Source: the human T2T-CHM13v2.0 reference genome, Homo sapiens. Taken from it: a stretch of 64,000 nucleotides of DNA. The stretch lies in assembly GCF_009914755.1 (NCBI RefSeq), contig NC_060932.1; one strand, given 5' to 3'. The translations under genes and the position numbers were made by a program. Below are positions 1 to 12,761 of the stretch, piece after piece. A model generated the notes under the pieces. That model was not told the origin of the DNA. It was given only the letters and a program-made list of their open reading frames with translations, and did not search any database. The first letter of the stretch is position 1, and each line of letters begins with the position of its first letter.

Positions 1-135
1 GGACATCTGAAGGTCAGGGTTTAGTTGTGTGTTACAACCTGTGAAATCATAATAAGCAACGCATATTATGATTATAAGCAAAGTAAGTGCCATGCACTGC
101 TCTGCTCACTTACCTACCTAATCACAATAAACTTA

Positions 136-442
<307 letters not shown>

Positions 443-459
443 CTTAGGAAATAAGTAAT

Positions 460-597
460 ATTATCATAATCCCCATTTTTATAGATGAGGGGACAGAGAC
501 ACAGAGAGGCTAAGCAACCAGTCTAAGGTCACACAGCTTATAAACAGCAGAGCTGGGATTTGAACCCAGACAGTCTGAATTCAGAGCCCCTTAACTA
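460..597 (-). mobile_element. MIR SINE
   Basis: ccccattttatagatgagg...aggtcacacagct...gggatttgaacccag is the MIR core. Confidence 0.8.
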
Positions 598-1102
598 CCC
601 CCCAACCCCAGACCCAGTCTGTCCTCTAAGCAAAGGTGTGAGACTAATGGCTAAGTGGCCTGGGGAACATGCCCACCCCCATTCCCATGGTTGGAGAGCA
701 GCAAGTGAAGGCTGCTTGGAAGAGCAGAGAGAACCACATAGGGAGAGAACAGCAGCTGCACTGGCTCCTTGGACTGGGTCCTGCCAAAAATACAGATCTC
801 ACCGCGCTGACCTAGGCACAGGGTCCATAGCTGCCAGCATGCCTGCCAACCAGCCGATCAGAGAGGCCTGATACATGCCTTAACATGGCATTGGCATGGA
901 TGGGTGCTCACCCTGATGAGAAAGAAGGAAAATGCATAGTGCCCTCAAATGTGGATGAGACTGAGGTGCAAATGCTGGACATAATATGTATATATCCAAC
1001 CAGTGACCCACCAAAGGCATGTAGCTTGAATCTAGTTTGAGGACTAGAAAATTACCAGCCTCATAATCATAACACAGCCAAAAAAAGATCTATTAGATGC
1101 CA

Positions 1103-1470
1103 TATTAGTTAGGTCAGGTTGCTATAACAAAATACCACAGGCTGGGCTGCTTAAACAACAAATGTTTATTTATCATTGTTCTGGAGGCTAAGTTCCAAAT
1201 CAAGGTGCCAACAGATCTGGTGTCTAGTGAGCACGTTCTTCCTGGTTTGTAGACAGCCACCTTTTCATAATGTCACATGCCAAACAGGAGATACAGAGGA
1301 CGCAAGCTCTCTTTTGTCTCTTCTTATAAGGCACTAATTCCATCATGAGGGCACATGACCTAATTCCCTCCCAAAGACCTAAACTTCAAATACCATTATA
1401 TTGGGAATTAGGGGTTTCAACATATACATTTAGGAGTTGGTGGCAGGACAAAAACATTCAGTTCATAGCA
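1103..1470 (-). mobile_element. MaLR solo LTR (MLT1A/MST-like)
   Basis: gctataacaaaataccaca...ttctggaggct...aacattcagttcatagca, typical MaLR ends. Confidence 0.8.
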
Positions 1471-1517
1471 GATATCATTCTTTGAGGCTTCACCAGCACC
1501 CAAAAATTTATGCGTGT

Positions 1518-1593
<76 letters not shown>
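1518..1593. repeat. Compound (CA)n-(GA)n microsatellite
   Basis: Seen directly. Confidence 0.97.
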
Positions 1594-1596
<3 letters not shown>

Positions 1597-3357
1597 CACA
1601 ATCCTGGACCAAGTCCAGAGAGTGCTCATCCTCACTGCTAAGCACCTCTACTCAACCTTCACACAGACAGAATGTCTAATTAATTCTTCTCTCCCACACC
1701 TTGTTCTCAAAAGGCTAATTTATTGTCACTGTGTCACAAGGGTAGACAGTTTATCTACTTTATTCACCACTGTATCCCCAATGTTCCATTGCCTGAAATA
1801 CAGAATTACTCAGCCAGGATTGTTTAATTCAATTACTCAGACAATCCCATTTCTTCATGTATCAGGGTCTGTCTATATCTTCCTCCTGAAATGTCCAGTG
1901 TGTCCAAACTTCACAAAGTGTCTCTGGATTATGATGAGACTGAGCTACCTCTGTCAACTCACAGCAGAGATGGCTCCAATTTGTAATTACTGCTGGCATT
2001 TTCACAGTTGAAAGACAGTAAAGATTCCAGAGTAAAAATAAGTTCAGGTTAGGATTCATGTAAAGATTTTCTAAGCGATCAGAAAGAAATGTAAAAATAC
2101 TATATTTCTGTTTTTGCTTAACTCAGGCACAATGCCTAAACTTCAAAGACAAACTTGTTTGTCAAACGAAAGAATTTCTTCAGATATTTAAACAACTGCC
2201 TTCACCAACCCCTCTACTCTCAAATCCCTATCTTAAATCTCTGAACCAAAGTCCACCGAGCCTTTTCTCCTAGAACAATTGAGCTGTGAAATTGAGATTA
2301 TAAATTCAATCAAGCCCCAAAGCCGAGTTCCAAGTTGAAGTGTTAAGGTCTAATGTTGATATTTTGCTTTTTAAGTCAACCAAGTTATAATTTGAAACAG
2401 TTGTTCATTGGCAAATCAGTTTTTCTTACTTTTTCATGATCTTCAGATAACAATCTCAACAATTAAAGGCTTAAAATATGGGTCAGTCAGCTAAGCAATG
2501 TATTTAGGACTCAATATTCAAGTTAGCTAGCTAACAAAATCTTATATCAAAATTTCAATGTCGGTTGAAAAAAAAGCAATTTAGGGAGAAAAAAGAAAGA
2601 CAAACCAGTGACCAGCCCCAAAGTGACTATTTCTTTTTTTGGACCACCTATTCATGATCACCTTGTGCTGCAAATATTTGAGTAAGAGACATAAGGTGCC
2701 CTCTAACCCCAGAAGCGAGTTGCAGCAAATGGTTCAGCATGTTCTTCGCCTTCTCAACCAATTTTCCACTAGGAAGTTCTCCCACTAATGAAAGATATCT
2801 GATGTGTTGCTTTTATACCAAGTTTTGATCACCAAGTTACTGAGTCAATTTCCTAATTAAAGGCATTAAGATTTGACCCTTGCTCTGGAGGGCAATGTAG
2901 GACTTCTTGCCGTCAACAAACTGCTCCCAGGTCTTCCAAAATGGGACAATAAAAGCCACTTTTCAATAGTTAAGTATTTAAAATCATTTAAATGGTAGCA
3001 AAGCCCGCAATGCTGGCAAACTTATTTGTGAGGGTTCTGACACAGATTCAATCCAAAATGCATATTAAAGAATGAGAGAATTCCAAGATATAAGTTAGGA
3101 TAGTGCTTTCCAGCAAGATGCATGCTATTAAGAAGTAAGAAGGAGGTGGAGAAATGAAAAGCAGAGAAACTGAAGAATCATCAAATATCTTAGTTATGAA
3201 AAACTGAAGAGAAATGGGGCATTCCAGTTGAGGAAGGTTTGGAGTCTGATTTTCAATATAGGAAACATGTACATGTTTGGAGTTATACTATGTTGGTAAT
3301 CCTTGGCCGGGGCATTCAGATGATTCTCACGTTTTTTGTGTTTGCTTGTTTGCATAC

Positions 3358-3698
3358 TGATATGGTTTGGCTGTGTTCCCACCCAAATCTCATCTTGAAT
3401 TCCCACGTATTGTTGGGGGGACCCAGTGGGAGGTAATTGAATCATGGGGTCTTTCCTGTGCTGTTCTCGTGATAGTGAGTAAGTCTCATGAGATCTGATG
3501 GTTTAGAAAATACATGAGTCTCCCTGCACAAGCTCCCTTCTCTTGTCTGCCACCATGTGAGACAAGCCTTTCACTTTCCACCATGGTTGTGAGGTCTCCC
3601 CAGCCACACAGAAATTTAAATCCAATAAATCTCTTTCTTTTGTAAATTTTCCAGTCTCAAGTAAGTCTTTATCAGCAGCGTGAAAACAGACTAATATA
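3358..3698 (+). mobile_element. THE1 solo LTR
   Basis: tgatatggtttggctgtg...aataaa...cagactaata, degenerate 5-bp TSD catac/catgc. Confidence 0.9.
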
Positions 3699-4505
3699 CA
3701 TGCTGAATCAGAATTTCTAGGGTAGGGCCTGGGTGTGTGTCGTACATTAGAACCACTGCAGGTTAAGAATTAAGAACAACATTGTACCACGTATGTATTT
3801 TTTCTCCTTGATTTTCTTCTTATATCACAAATTAATTTTTCCAATACCATTAATTTTAAAAAAGAACACATTCTGATTATAAAAACAAATCACTGAAAAT
3901 TTGGAAAATGTGAAAAAGCATACATAAAAAGCTTACCATCATTTCTAATTTCAGTAATCAGAAATACCCTTTTAGTCTATGGAGTTTCAATCTGGATAGA
4001 TTTCAAAAGATCTGTGGCACAAACCTCTAAAAATTTATGGAAAACTACTGCTTAGTCTTTTTTTTTTCCAAACCCATACGTGGTTTTTTGTAATACTGGT
4101 ATTGTATATTTTGTTTTGAAACTGCTTTTTTATTCAGTTAACAAGAATACATGCACATTTGTCCATATCCTTAAGTACCCTTTGAGAATATCACTTTTAC
4201 AGGGTGAATAACATTCCACCAGCCATCTTCCCACGGTTGAACAGTAACTCTAACTATGCTTGAACAGTAACTTGAACTATAAATAATGCTGTCATAAACA
4301 TCCTTGTACATAAATCTCTGCATTTTTATATACACCTTTTACATTCTGAGATGTGAAATTACTTACTGGGTTAAATGGTATGTCTTTTTAAAGACAGCAT
4401 CTGCTGCCAAATTGCTTTTGAGAAAGATCATCTCAATCTGCACACTGACCCGGAATGTATTAAAGTGTAAAGGAATCTATTTTTTTTTTGTTTGTTTGTA
4501 TGGTC

Positions 4506-4940
<435 letters not shown>

Positions 4941-5524
4941 TAGCTTTGATTTCTTTTCAGATCTCTTGTATTAGCAAAGTTTTTTGGAAAATGACAACCT
5001 GATAAAGGGCCCAAGCGTCCTTAAATGAGTTACCTGAAGAAAGACAAAAGAACTCACCTGAGTTACTCTAAAACCCTTCATCAGTCCCAGCCCAGGCATC
5101 TCCTGCTCCACGAGGACCCCCCAATTATCCATTCCTTCCTGTGGTGTCTAGGTGTTAGATGTGTCCACATCAGAACTCCGCATCTGAACATGCTGCCTCC
5201 TGGGTGGAGGGAAGGAACCCTTCATAGTGTGAGTCCTGGTGGAAGGTAAACCCCTCCATCCTGTTACCAGAGCATCAGAAACTATATGCCTTCTCCTGAT
5301 AGCTGGCCCAGTATTCCTGAACCAGGCTTCACCAACTATATGTTCCAACTCAGGAACTTTGTCTTGCAGGAATCACACAGGCACAAGGATAGCTGAGAAA
5401 TGACTCATGGCAGCAGCAGGGGCTTGCAGCTGCAGTGGCCAATGCAATGCTTCAGGTCCTGGGCAGGACCTCGGCTATGTACTTGAGGCTATCCATACCT
5501 CTCTTGCATTTTTCTTTCTTGCCC

Positions 5525-5975
5525 TCTGTCTGAATAACAACCTCCCCAAAGATATTCCTATCCTCCTCCCTGGAACCTGTATGTTAACCCACATGGCAAA
5601 AGGAACTGTGCAGATGTGATACAGTTAAGGACCTTGAGATGGGGAGATTATCCTAAATTCTCCAAGTGGGCCAGTGTAATTCCAAGAGCTTTTATAAGAG
5701 GGAGGCAGGAGGGTCACAGATAGGCAACGGCCATGTAGCAATGGAAGTAGAGATTGATGTGGACATCAGCCAAGGAATGCTGGAAGCCTCTAGAAACTCA
5801 GAGATTCCAGGAACTGATTCTTCCTCAGAGGAGCCAGCCCTCACAACTCTTTGATTTTATCCCCATAAGGCTCATTTTGGACTTCTGACCTCCAGAACTG
5901 TAAGATAATAAATTTATGTTGCTTTAAGCTACTAAGTCTCTTCATTTGTTACAGCAGCAATAGAAAACTAACACA
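5525..5975 (+). mobile_element. MLT1D-like MaLR solo LTR
   Basis: ccccaaagat...catggcaaaagg...cttgagatggggagattatcct...gacctccagaactgtaagataataaatt...cagcaatagaaaactaacaca. Confidence 0.88.
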
Positions 5976-7644
5976 CCTTCTCACTGATTCCATGATATTC
6001 TCTCAATACAAATTTCTGCTGAATTAAACCACAGTCCATTTCAGTTGCTTATTACCAACTGAATGTTACCTACCTCTAGCCTACACCCCAGCGTTGGTTG
6101 GGTACCCATCTTCTATGCTCCCATGCCACCTCCTGCTTCCTGTGAAGGAGCCTCTCTCTCCCTGAGTTGTGATTGTCTGCTTACTGGGCTATCACCCCTC
6201 CAGACTGTACTCAGTAAGAACAAGGACTGAATGTGATTCATCTTTCCATGCCAACACCTAACACATTGTATGAATAAATATTAGTTGCATGAACAAATTA
6301 AAACTTATTTGTATATAAATGTGCAAAAAAGGTGGAAGTGGCTTAAGAAAAAAACTTTCTGAGTAGATAAACATTCATACTAGGCTCCTTTTCTTTAGAC
6401 AATGGAAATTATTAAAAAATCATATACTTCTCTAAAAGGAAAATTCTGTTCAGATTTATGATAGAACTGTAAAAAGCTGAGTAAACTTACAATATGTTAG
6501 CTAAATCACTTGGACAGAACTGAAAGCAGAGTCAATGTAATCAACATATGATAGTATTAAAACCTAATGAGAAATTAAATGTCCGTTTGAGTAATGCTGG
6601 GTGTGTCTATGTTTCTCACACTTCAATGTTATTGTAGGACACTCCAGTGGCTGGTTGCAAAATCTTGATGGTCTGCTAAACCTGGCTTTATCCAGGCTGA
6701 TGTAGAACACGCATTTGAGACATTTGAACTTAGGAGATCTCTCTCCCTTGCATGACAGGGATTTTCTCCCCTCCCTACCAACCATGTTTCCTGTCTAAAT
6801 TTTTTAAGCCTTTGGATTCTATCCTACCAAAATTCAAAAGCACAAGTGCACAAGGATATTCACTGCAGCTTTGTTTGTAATAACATTCGATTGGAAGCAA
6901 CCCAAATGTCAATCAACAGGCAAGTAGTTGAATAAATTGTGGTACATCCATAATCCGGAGTTGTATGCATTTCTTAAAAAGAATGAGGTAGTTTATACAT
7001 ACTACTTGCCTTATAATCATATTTCACTGTTAAAAACCCTCCAGGGCCTACAGTTGCATTTGAGTAAAATTTAAACTCCTTCTTCTGGTCTAAAATGCCC
7101 TCCATGGGGTGGCTGTGCCTACCTTTCTGACCCGAGGGTTGGCACTCTTCCTTCTCCATTTGGATTCAGCACAGTGGCCTTCTCTGTCAACTCCTTCTCA
7201 GCCACCCCCAGCTCATTCCTACCACAGGCCCTTTGCACTCACTGTCCTCTTTGCCAAGAATGTTCTTTTCTAGATCAATGTTTATCAGCTTCAATTACAC
7301 ATTAGGACCATCTGCATCCCAGGCTGCTTCCCAAACCAATTAATGTGGAAACTCTGGCGGTCAGACCCAGGCATCAGGTTATTTGGGGTTTGTTTGCTTG
7401 TTTGTTTTGAAGCTTCCCAGGTGATTCTCTGCACAGCCCACCTAAAGAACCAGGGCTTCCTGCGGTGGCTCCTCTCCAACGTTCAAATGTCATCTCCTCA
7501 GAGACAGCATGATCACTCTACTTTCACAACTAAAGATTTCATTTAAGAAATAGAGTTTAGAAAGAAAAGTATAAACAAAAGATGAGTACAAAATGGAATT
7601 GAGTTTGTAAAAATAAAGGTAAGTGTGGGACAGCATTGTTGAAA

Positions 7645-8129
7645 AGACAAAATAAAAAATAAAATAACCTGATTAAAGCATGGGCAAAGGACCTGAATAG
7701 ACATCTTCCTAAAGAAGACATGAAAATGGCCAAAAGGTACGTGAAAAGGTGCTCATTATCACTAATCATCAGGGAAATGCAAATTAAAACCACAAAGAAA
7801 TATCCTTTTACACCTATGAGGGTAACTACTATGAAAATGACAGGAGATAACAAGTGTTGGTGAGGGTGTAGAGAAAAGACAGTGCTTGTGCACTGTTGGT
7901 GGGAATGTAGATTCATGCAGCCATTATGGAAAACAGTATGGACATTCTTCAAAAAATTAAAAGTAGAACTACCATGCAATCCAGCAATCCCAGTTCTGGA
8001 TATATACCTCCAAAAAATGAAACCACCATCTCAGAAGGCATCTGTGCCCACATGTTCGATGCAGCATTATTCACAATAGTAAAGACATGGAAACAACCAG
8101 TGTCTGCCAACAGATGAATGAAAAAATTG

Positions 8130-8174
<45 letters not shown>

Positions 8175-8640
8175 GGTATGTTATTAAGCCTTAAAAAATA
8201 ATAAGATACTGCCATTTGTGACAACATGGATGACCTGGAAGACATTATGCTAACTGAAATAAGCCAGACACAGAAAGAGAAATACTGCATGATCTTATTT
8301 ATTTGTGCAATCTAAAACATGTCAAATACATAGAAACAGAGAAGAATGGTGGTTTCCAGAGTGGGAAGGATCAGGAAATGGGGAGAGGTAGGTCAAAGGA
8401 TACACAAACTTGCAATTATACAAGATGAACAGGTCTAGAGATTTCATGTACAGCATGGTGACTATAATTATATTGTACACTAAAAATTTGCTGAAAGTGT
8501 AGATTTTAGGTGCTCACCAGACACACATACACAAAGTACTATCGTGGTAATGGATATTTTAATTTGCTTGCCTGTAGTAATCATTTCACTATGTATATTT
8601 GTATCAAAACATCATGCTGTACACCTTAAATAAAAAAGAA
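7645..8640 (+). mobile_element. L1 (L1MA/MB-type) 3' end with internal (CA)n at about 8130-8172
   Basis: Decayed ORF2 C-terminus (LVHCWWECRFMQPLWKTVW) and L1 3'UTR ending in an A-rich tail. Confidence 0.92.
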
Positions 8641-10129
8641 AAGACAACATAGCAATTTCAAGGAAGACAGAATTTAACTTTCCATTTGCTCACTTGCAAA
8701 GTGTGATCTTGTACCCGTTACCTAACATGTCTGAGCCTCTATGAAAAGAGGATAATTGTGCTCACCTTGGAAAAATTTTCAAGGAATAAATGAAACCTGA
8801 AATGGCCCACAGTGAACACTAGGTAAATAGTATTTATTATTGTTAAATAGTAAATGATTGGTTGAAGTAGTAAGTGCTTTACAAAGTCAAAGAAAATAGA
8901 AATGTCAAGTGCCTGGGGTTGACAAAGAGCTTCTCTCAGTAGGCAGAATTTAATTTTTGTCTTAAAGTAAAGCTAGAATTTAGACAGAGTATGGTGAGGA
9001 TTGCAAGTGCCATTGCAGGGGACTGAGAATAGAAGGAAAAAAGGTTAGAGGTAGAATTTTGCAGAATGTGTTTGGGGAAGAGGGAGTTAAAACAGGAGGA
9101 AAGAGAACACAATGTTTTCAGAATGGACAAACCTTCTGTTTTCTATCATATGGCATCTTTTTAGCACTGGCATTTACCTGCATTAAATTGTGTAGAAGAG
9201 TAAGTCTCTGATTGGAAGCAGATCTATCATGGGTAGAGGCAGACAGGTGGGGGTGGTAGAAGCCAGGCTTTGGAAGGCCACTCCCTTCAACTGGAACTAG
9301 TGTGGTCTCCTGGAGTCTGACTCTGGGGCATGAGTTAGCTTACCTCAAAGAAGCAAGCTTTGGTTTTCCAGGAACTGACCACAAACCAGTTCCAAGTAGC
9401 AGCACTTGGTGCTCTCATGGGGCAACCTAGCCATTCTCAAGGGCAGCCCAGTTCTGTGTGAGTCAGAGTCCTGGCAGGAAAGTGTGGCACACCCAATCAG
9501 GCAAACCAAAGAATGTCCAATGAAGGGACAATTAACAAACGGCAGGCAAGGTCAAGGAGAACCAACTTTGATAGAGATAGCAGAGTGGGGAGGGATGGAA
9601 GGGAGAGCTGTAGGAATCTTGAGAGGGGCTGCCTGACAGGAGCTGTAGCTTTCTTCAGAGGAACGTGGGCTGGGGAATAAATATCTCTGTCTCTCTCATC
9701 TGCCCTCTCTTGCAGGTGGCCACCCTCCCCACACTGGCTGGCCAAGCCCAAGCCAGAAGCCAGAAGGCAAAAGTGTCTATTTGTGCAGTCTTTACATCAA
9801 TTTATCTCTCCTGGGGTACAGAGCTGAATCCAGAAGGGACAAGAGTAGATTTAGAATATGCAGCACAGCCAACGTCTCACAGAATGAGAAGCCACAGAAG
9901 GGGCTGATTACCAGGCTGCATCACCCTCAACAGACCCGTGTTTGTGGAGCCCCTCCGGACCTCTCTCTTTTACCCTTCCTCACATCCACCTCTTACACAT
10001 CTAACTGATATCCAGTCAGGCCAACTGGACTTCTTAGTATCTCTCAAAAATATACTCTGCTCACACCATATCCCTAAACTCCAGAGGGATTGAAGATTTA
10101 TGGTTTTGTTTCTTATACCTAAAAGTACT

Positions 10130-10800
10130 GGATGAAACCTTGCTGGATATTTATGAAAACTTGGAGTAAAGAGAGGACTTCTCAAAGCATGACCTCAGAG
10201 GCAAAACCACAGAGGAGAGGACTGAGAGTTTGTACTACATAAAAATCAGAAACTTCCATTTGACAAAACCCACCATGAACAAAGTTGAAAAGGCATCCAA
10301 AAAACCTCAAATAAAATTCAAACGATGAAATAAAAATATCATTTCAGCAAATGTAAGTAAAAGGGGTACTATCTAAACATATAAAGGTCTCATACAAATA
10401 GATAAGAACTGACCCAGGTTTGGGAAGGGGGAAGAGGGAGCTAAGAGGAAAACTAAACAAATAAGGAAAAGGCTGTGAAAATTAAAAATAGGCCCATAGG
10501 TGAAGGACATGAACAAGATTGATGAAAGAGAAATAACAACTTGATAATAGCATATGGAAAAACGTCTAGCTACTCAATCCAAGAAATGCAAGTTTAAACA
10601 AGAAACTCTCCAACCAAATTCACAAAGATTGCTTTTAATGAGAGCACTCAGTGCAGGCAGGAATGCAATAAAGGGACCCTCGTGATTGCTTAGATGAATA
10701 TAAATTATTATAAACTTTTGAAAAGCAAATTGGAAGTCCAGTATTGAAAAACTTCAAATATTCATCCCCTTTGCCCCAACATTTTCACTTCCCAGAATCT
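10130..10800 (+). mobile_element. Old L1M fragments
   Basis: A-rich decayed ORF2-like sequence (tacataaaaatcagaaacttcca, agaaatgcaagtttaaacaa). Confidence 0.55.
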
Positions 10801-11234
10801 ATCCAAACACTCTGCTGCTCACAGGATGAAGTCCAGGCATCTCAATATGGCGTACACCTTTCAGGTTGCATCTCCCATGTCTCTCCAGCTGATATTTGCC
10901 ACTCCATCAGTGCAAAACTGCCTGTCCTTCCCTAGACATACATCCTGCACTTCCATGCCTTTGAGCATTTCCTGCTCATTTTCTTCTGCTTGGAAAGCCC
11001 TTCACCATCTTCTTGGCTTAGCTAACTTTGCTTACTGTTCTGGAATCAGCCACATTATCAGAGGCCCTGATTCCCATCCAGGTTTAGTTAGTTTACCTTC
11101 TCCATGTTTCCATAGTACCCAGTACATATTTTTTGTGGACAATTCACACAGTATGTACATCTATGTTTACATATTCATGCATCTGATTACATACCTGTCT
11201 CTACCATCTTGGTTTTTCTCTGTATTCCCTACAC

Positions 11235-11450
11235 TGGTGGTTTTTAGCTGGGAGCAATTCTGCTCCCCCAGGGGAACATTTCCAGACAATGTCTCAAAAC
11301 ATTTTTGGTTGTTACAGTTGGAGGCAGGAGGCGCTACTGGTACCTATCGTGTAGAAGCCAGGATGCTGCTAAATATCCTGTAACACACAGAGGAGGCCCC
11401 CACAACAAAGAATTATCTAGCCCCAGATTTCAACAGTGACGAGGCTGCTA
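11235..11450. mobile_element. MER20 (hAT-Charlie) DNA transposon fossil
   Basis: caatgtct...catttttggttgttaca...tgctgctaaatatcctg...cccccacaacaaagaattatctagcccc. Confidence 0.85.
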
Positions 11451-12742
11451 TATTCTTCCTAGCTTCTGCCTAGCCTGGAACATAAACACATACATCAATT
11501 TAAAAAATCCAGAAAATTATGTAATGAACAAGCATAAAATGGACTTTCGAAGCCTAATTTCTTCTTCCATACAATGGGCATTATAATAGCCATGCCAGAA
11601 GGTTGCAGGGAGGATTAAAAGAGACAACATACGAACAGTGCCTAGTACAAAGCTAGTATTCCATCAGTATTAGTTCATCCCAACAATAAAGAGCGTAAGT
11701 TAAATCACAGACCCAGAATGTTTTGGTACTGAAATGAAAAAGACTTTTTAGTCAAAGCCCTTCATTTTCTAGCTGAGGAAGCCAATCTTTAGACTAATGA
11801 CTTGCCTAAATCATTGGCCTCAGATCAGTGTTTCCAGTTTAATGGCAAACCACATTTTAAATGCATGCATAAGAGAAAAATTGTAAGCTGACTCCTTTGT
11901 AAAACAAATAATTATCTTTTTTTGGTTTGGCTTGTGAATACAATTGTCACAGATATGTATACAATTTTCTTAAAATATTTAGAATACTAACAGAACAATT
12001 ATTCAACTGGATAATGTTACCAGAAGTTTTCAGGGGTTTATTTTAAAATTACATTTTTACATTTATGCAAAAATAGGCACATGTATTCAAACAAAAAGTT
12101 CAATAAATAATACACTCTTTCTTTGTAGGAGATATAATCAGAATCCAGAATGACAATTTAAATAGTTTATCATAAGCCTCTGGAATATTAACAGGCTTTC
12201 TGACATCTATGCTAAAAATTAACCACCGTATAATGATTCAGTTCTTCTTTCTTGCTCAATTGCTAATACAATAAAATTTCTTAGCAAAATATAACTTAGA
12301 GGCACTATCCGACCTGAGATCTCAGATTCTAACATGTTATGGCTTTTAATATGAACGCCAGTATAACCAGAATGTAAACAAATTATGGCATATAAATTAA
12401 AACATTTAAAATATTTTAACATCTATAGACTTTATTAGGTGTTCCTTATACAGTCATCTGGTATGTTTAAAGAGTGAGCAATCATATAAAAGGAAATATG
12501 GTCATAACTGATTGAAGTAATAAAATCCTGAAACTAAATAACATCTCATAATTCATTGCACAACATATATTAGATTTCATTACATCAGTATATAGCTTAG
12601 TAGTAAATTCTCCTGATGGCCATAAACCTCTAAGGTGTTGTCATCCTGAAAAATGAAGGAGGGGAGGGAGTTGGTGGGGCGCAGAATGGAGAAATCTTCC
12701 ATAGTGCTCGTGTGATGTACACTAAGTTGTAAAGTTATAGGG

Positions 12743-12761
12743 CATCGCCACCTAGTGGCAG
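12743..12761 (-). promoter_or_regulatory. CTCF-binding motif
   Basis: Minus strand TGCCACTAGGTGGCGATG fits the CTCF core CCASYAGRKGGCR. Confidence 0.75.

Noticed and set aside
1514-2011. 165-aa ORF with HT and RE runs
   Set aside because: Begins in a (CA)n(GA)n microsatellite, no recognisable domain
7557-8290. Several ORFs on both strands
   Set aside because: Decayed L1 ORF2 3' end and its antisense
10826-11383. 185-aa ORF
   Set aside because: Runs through L2-like and MER20 repeat sequence; no homology or splice support that I can see
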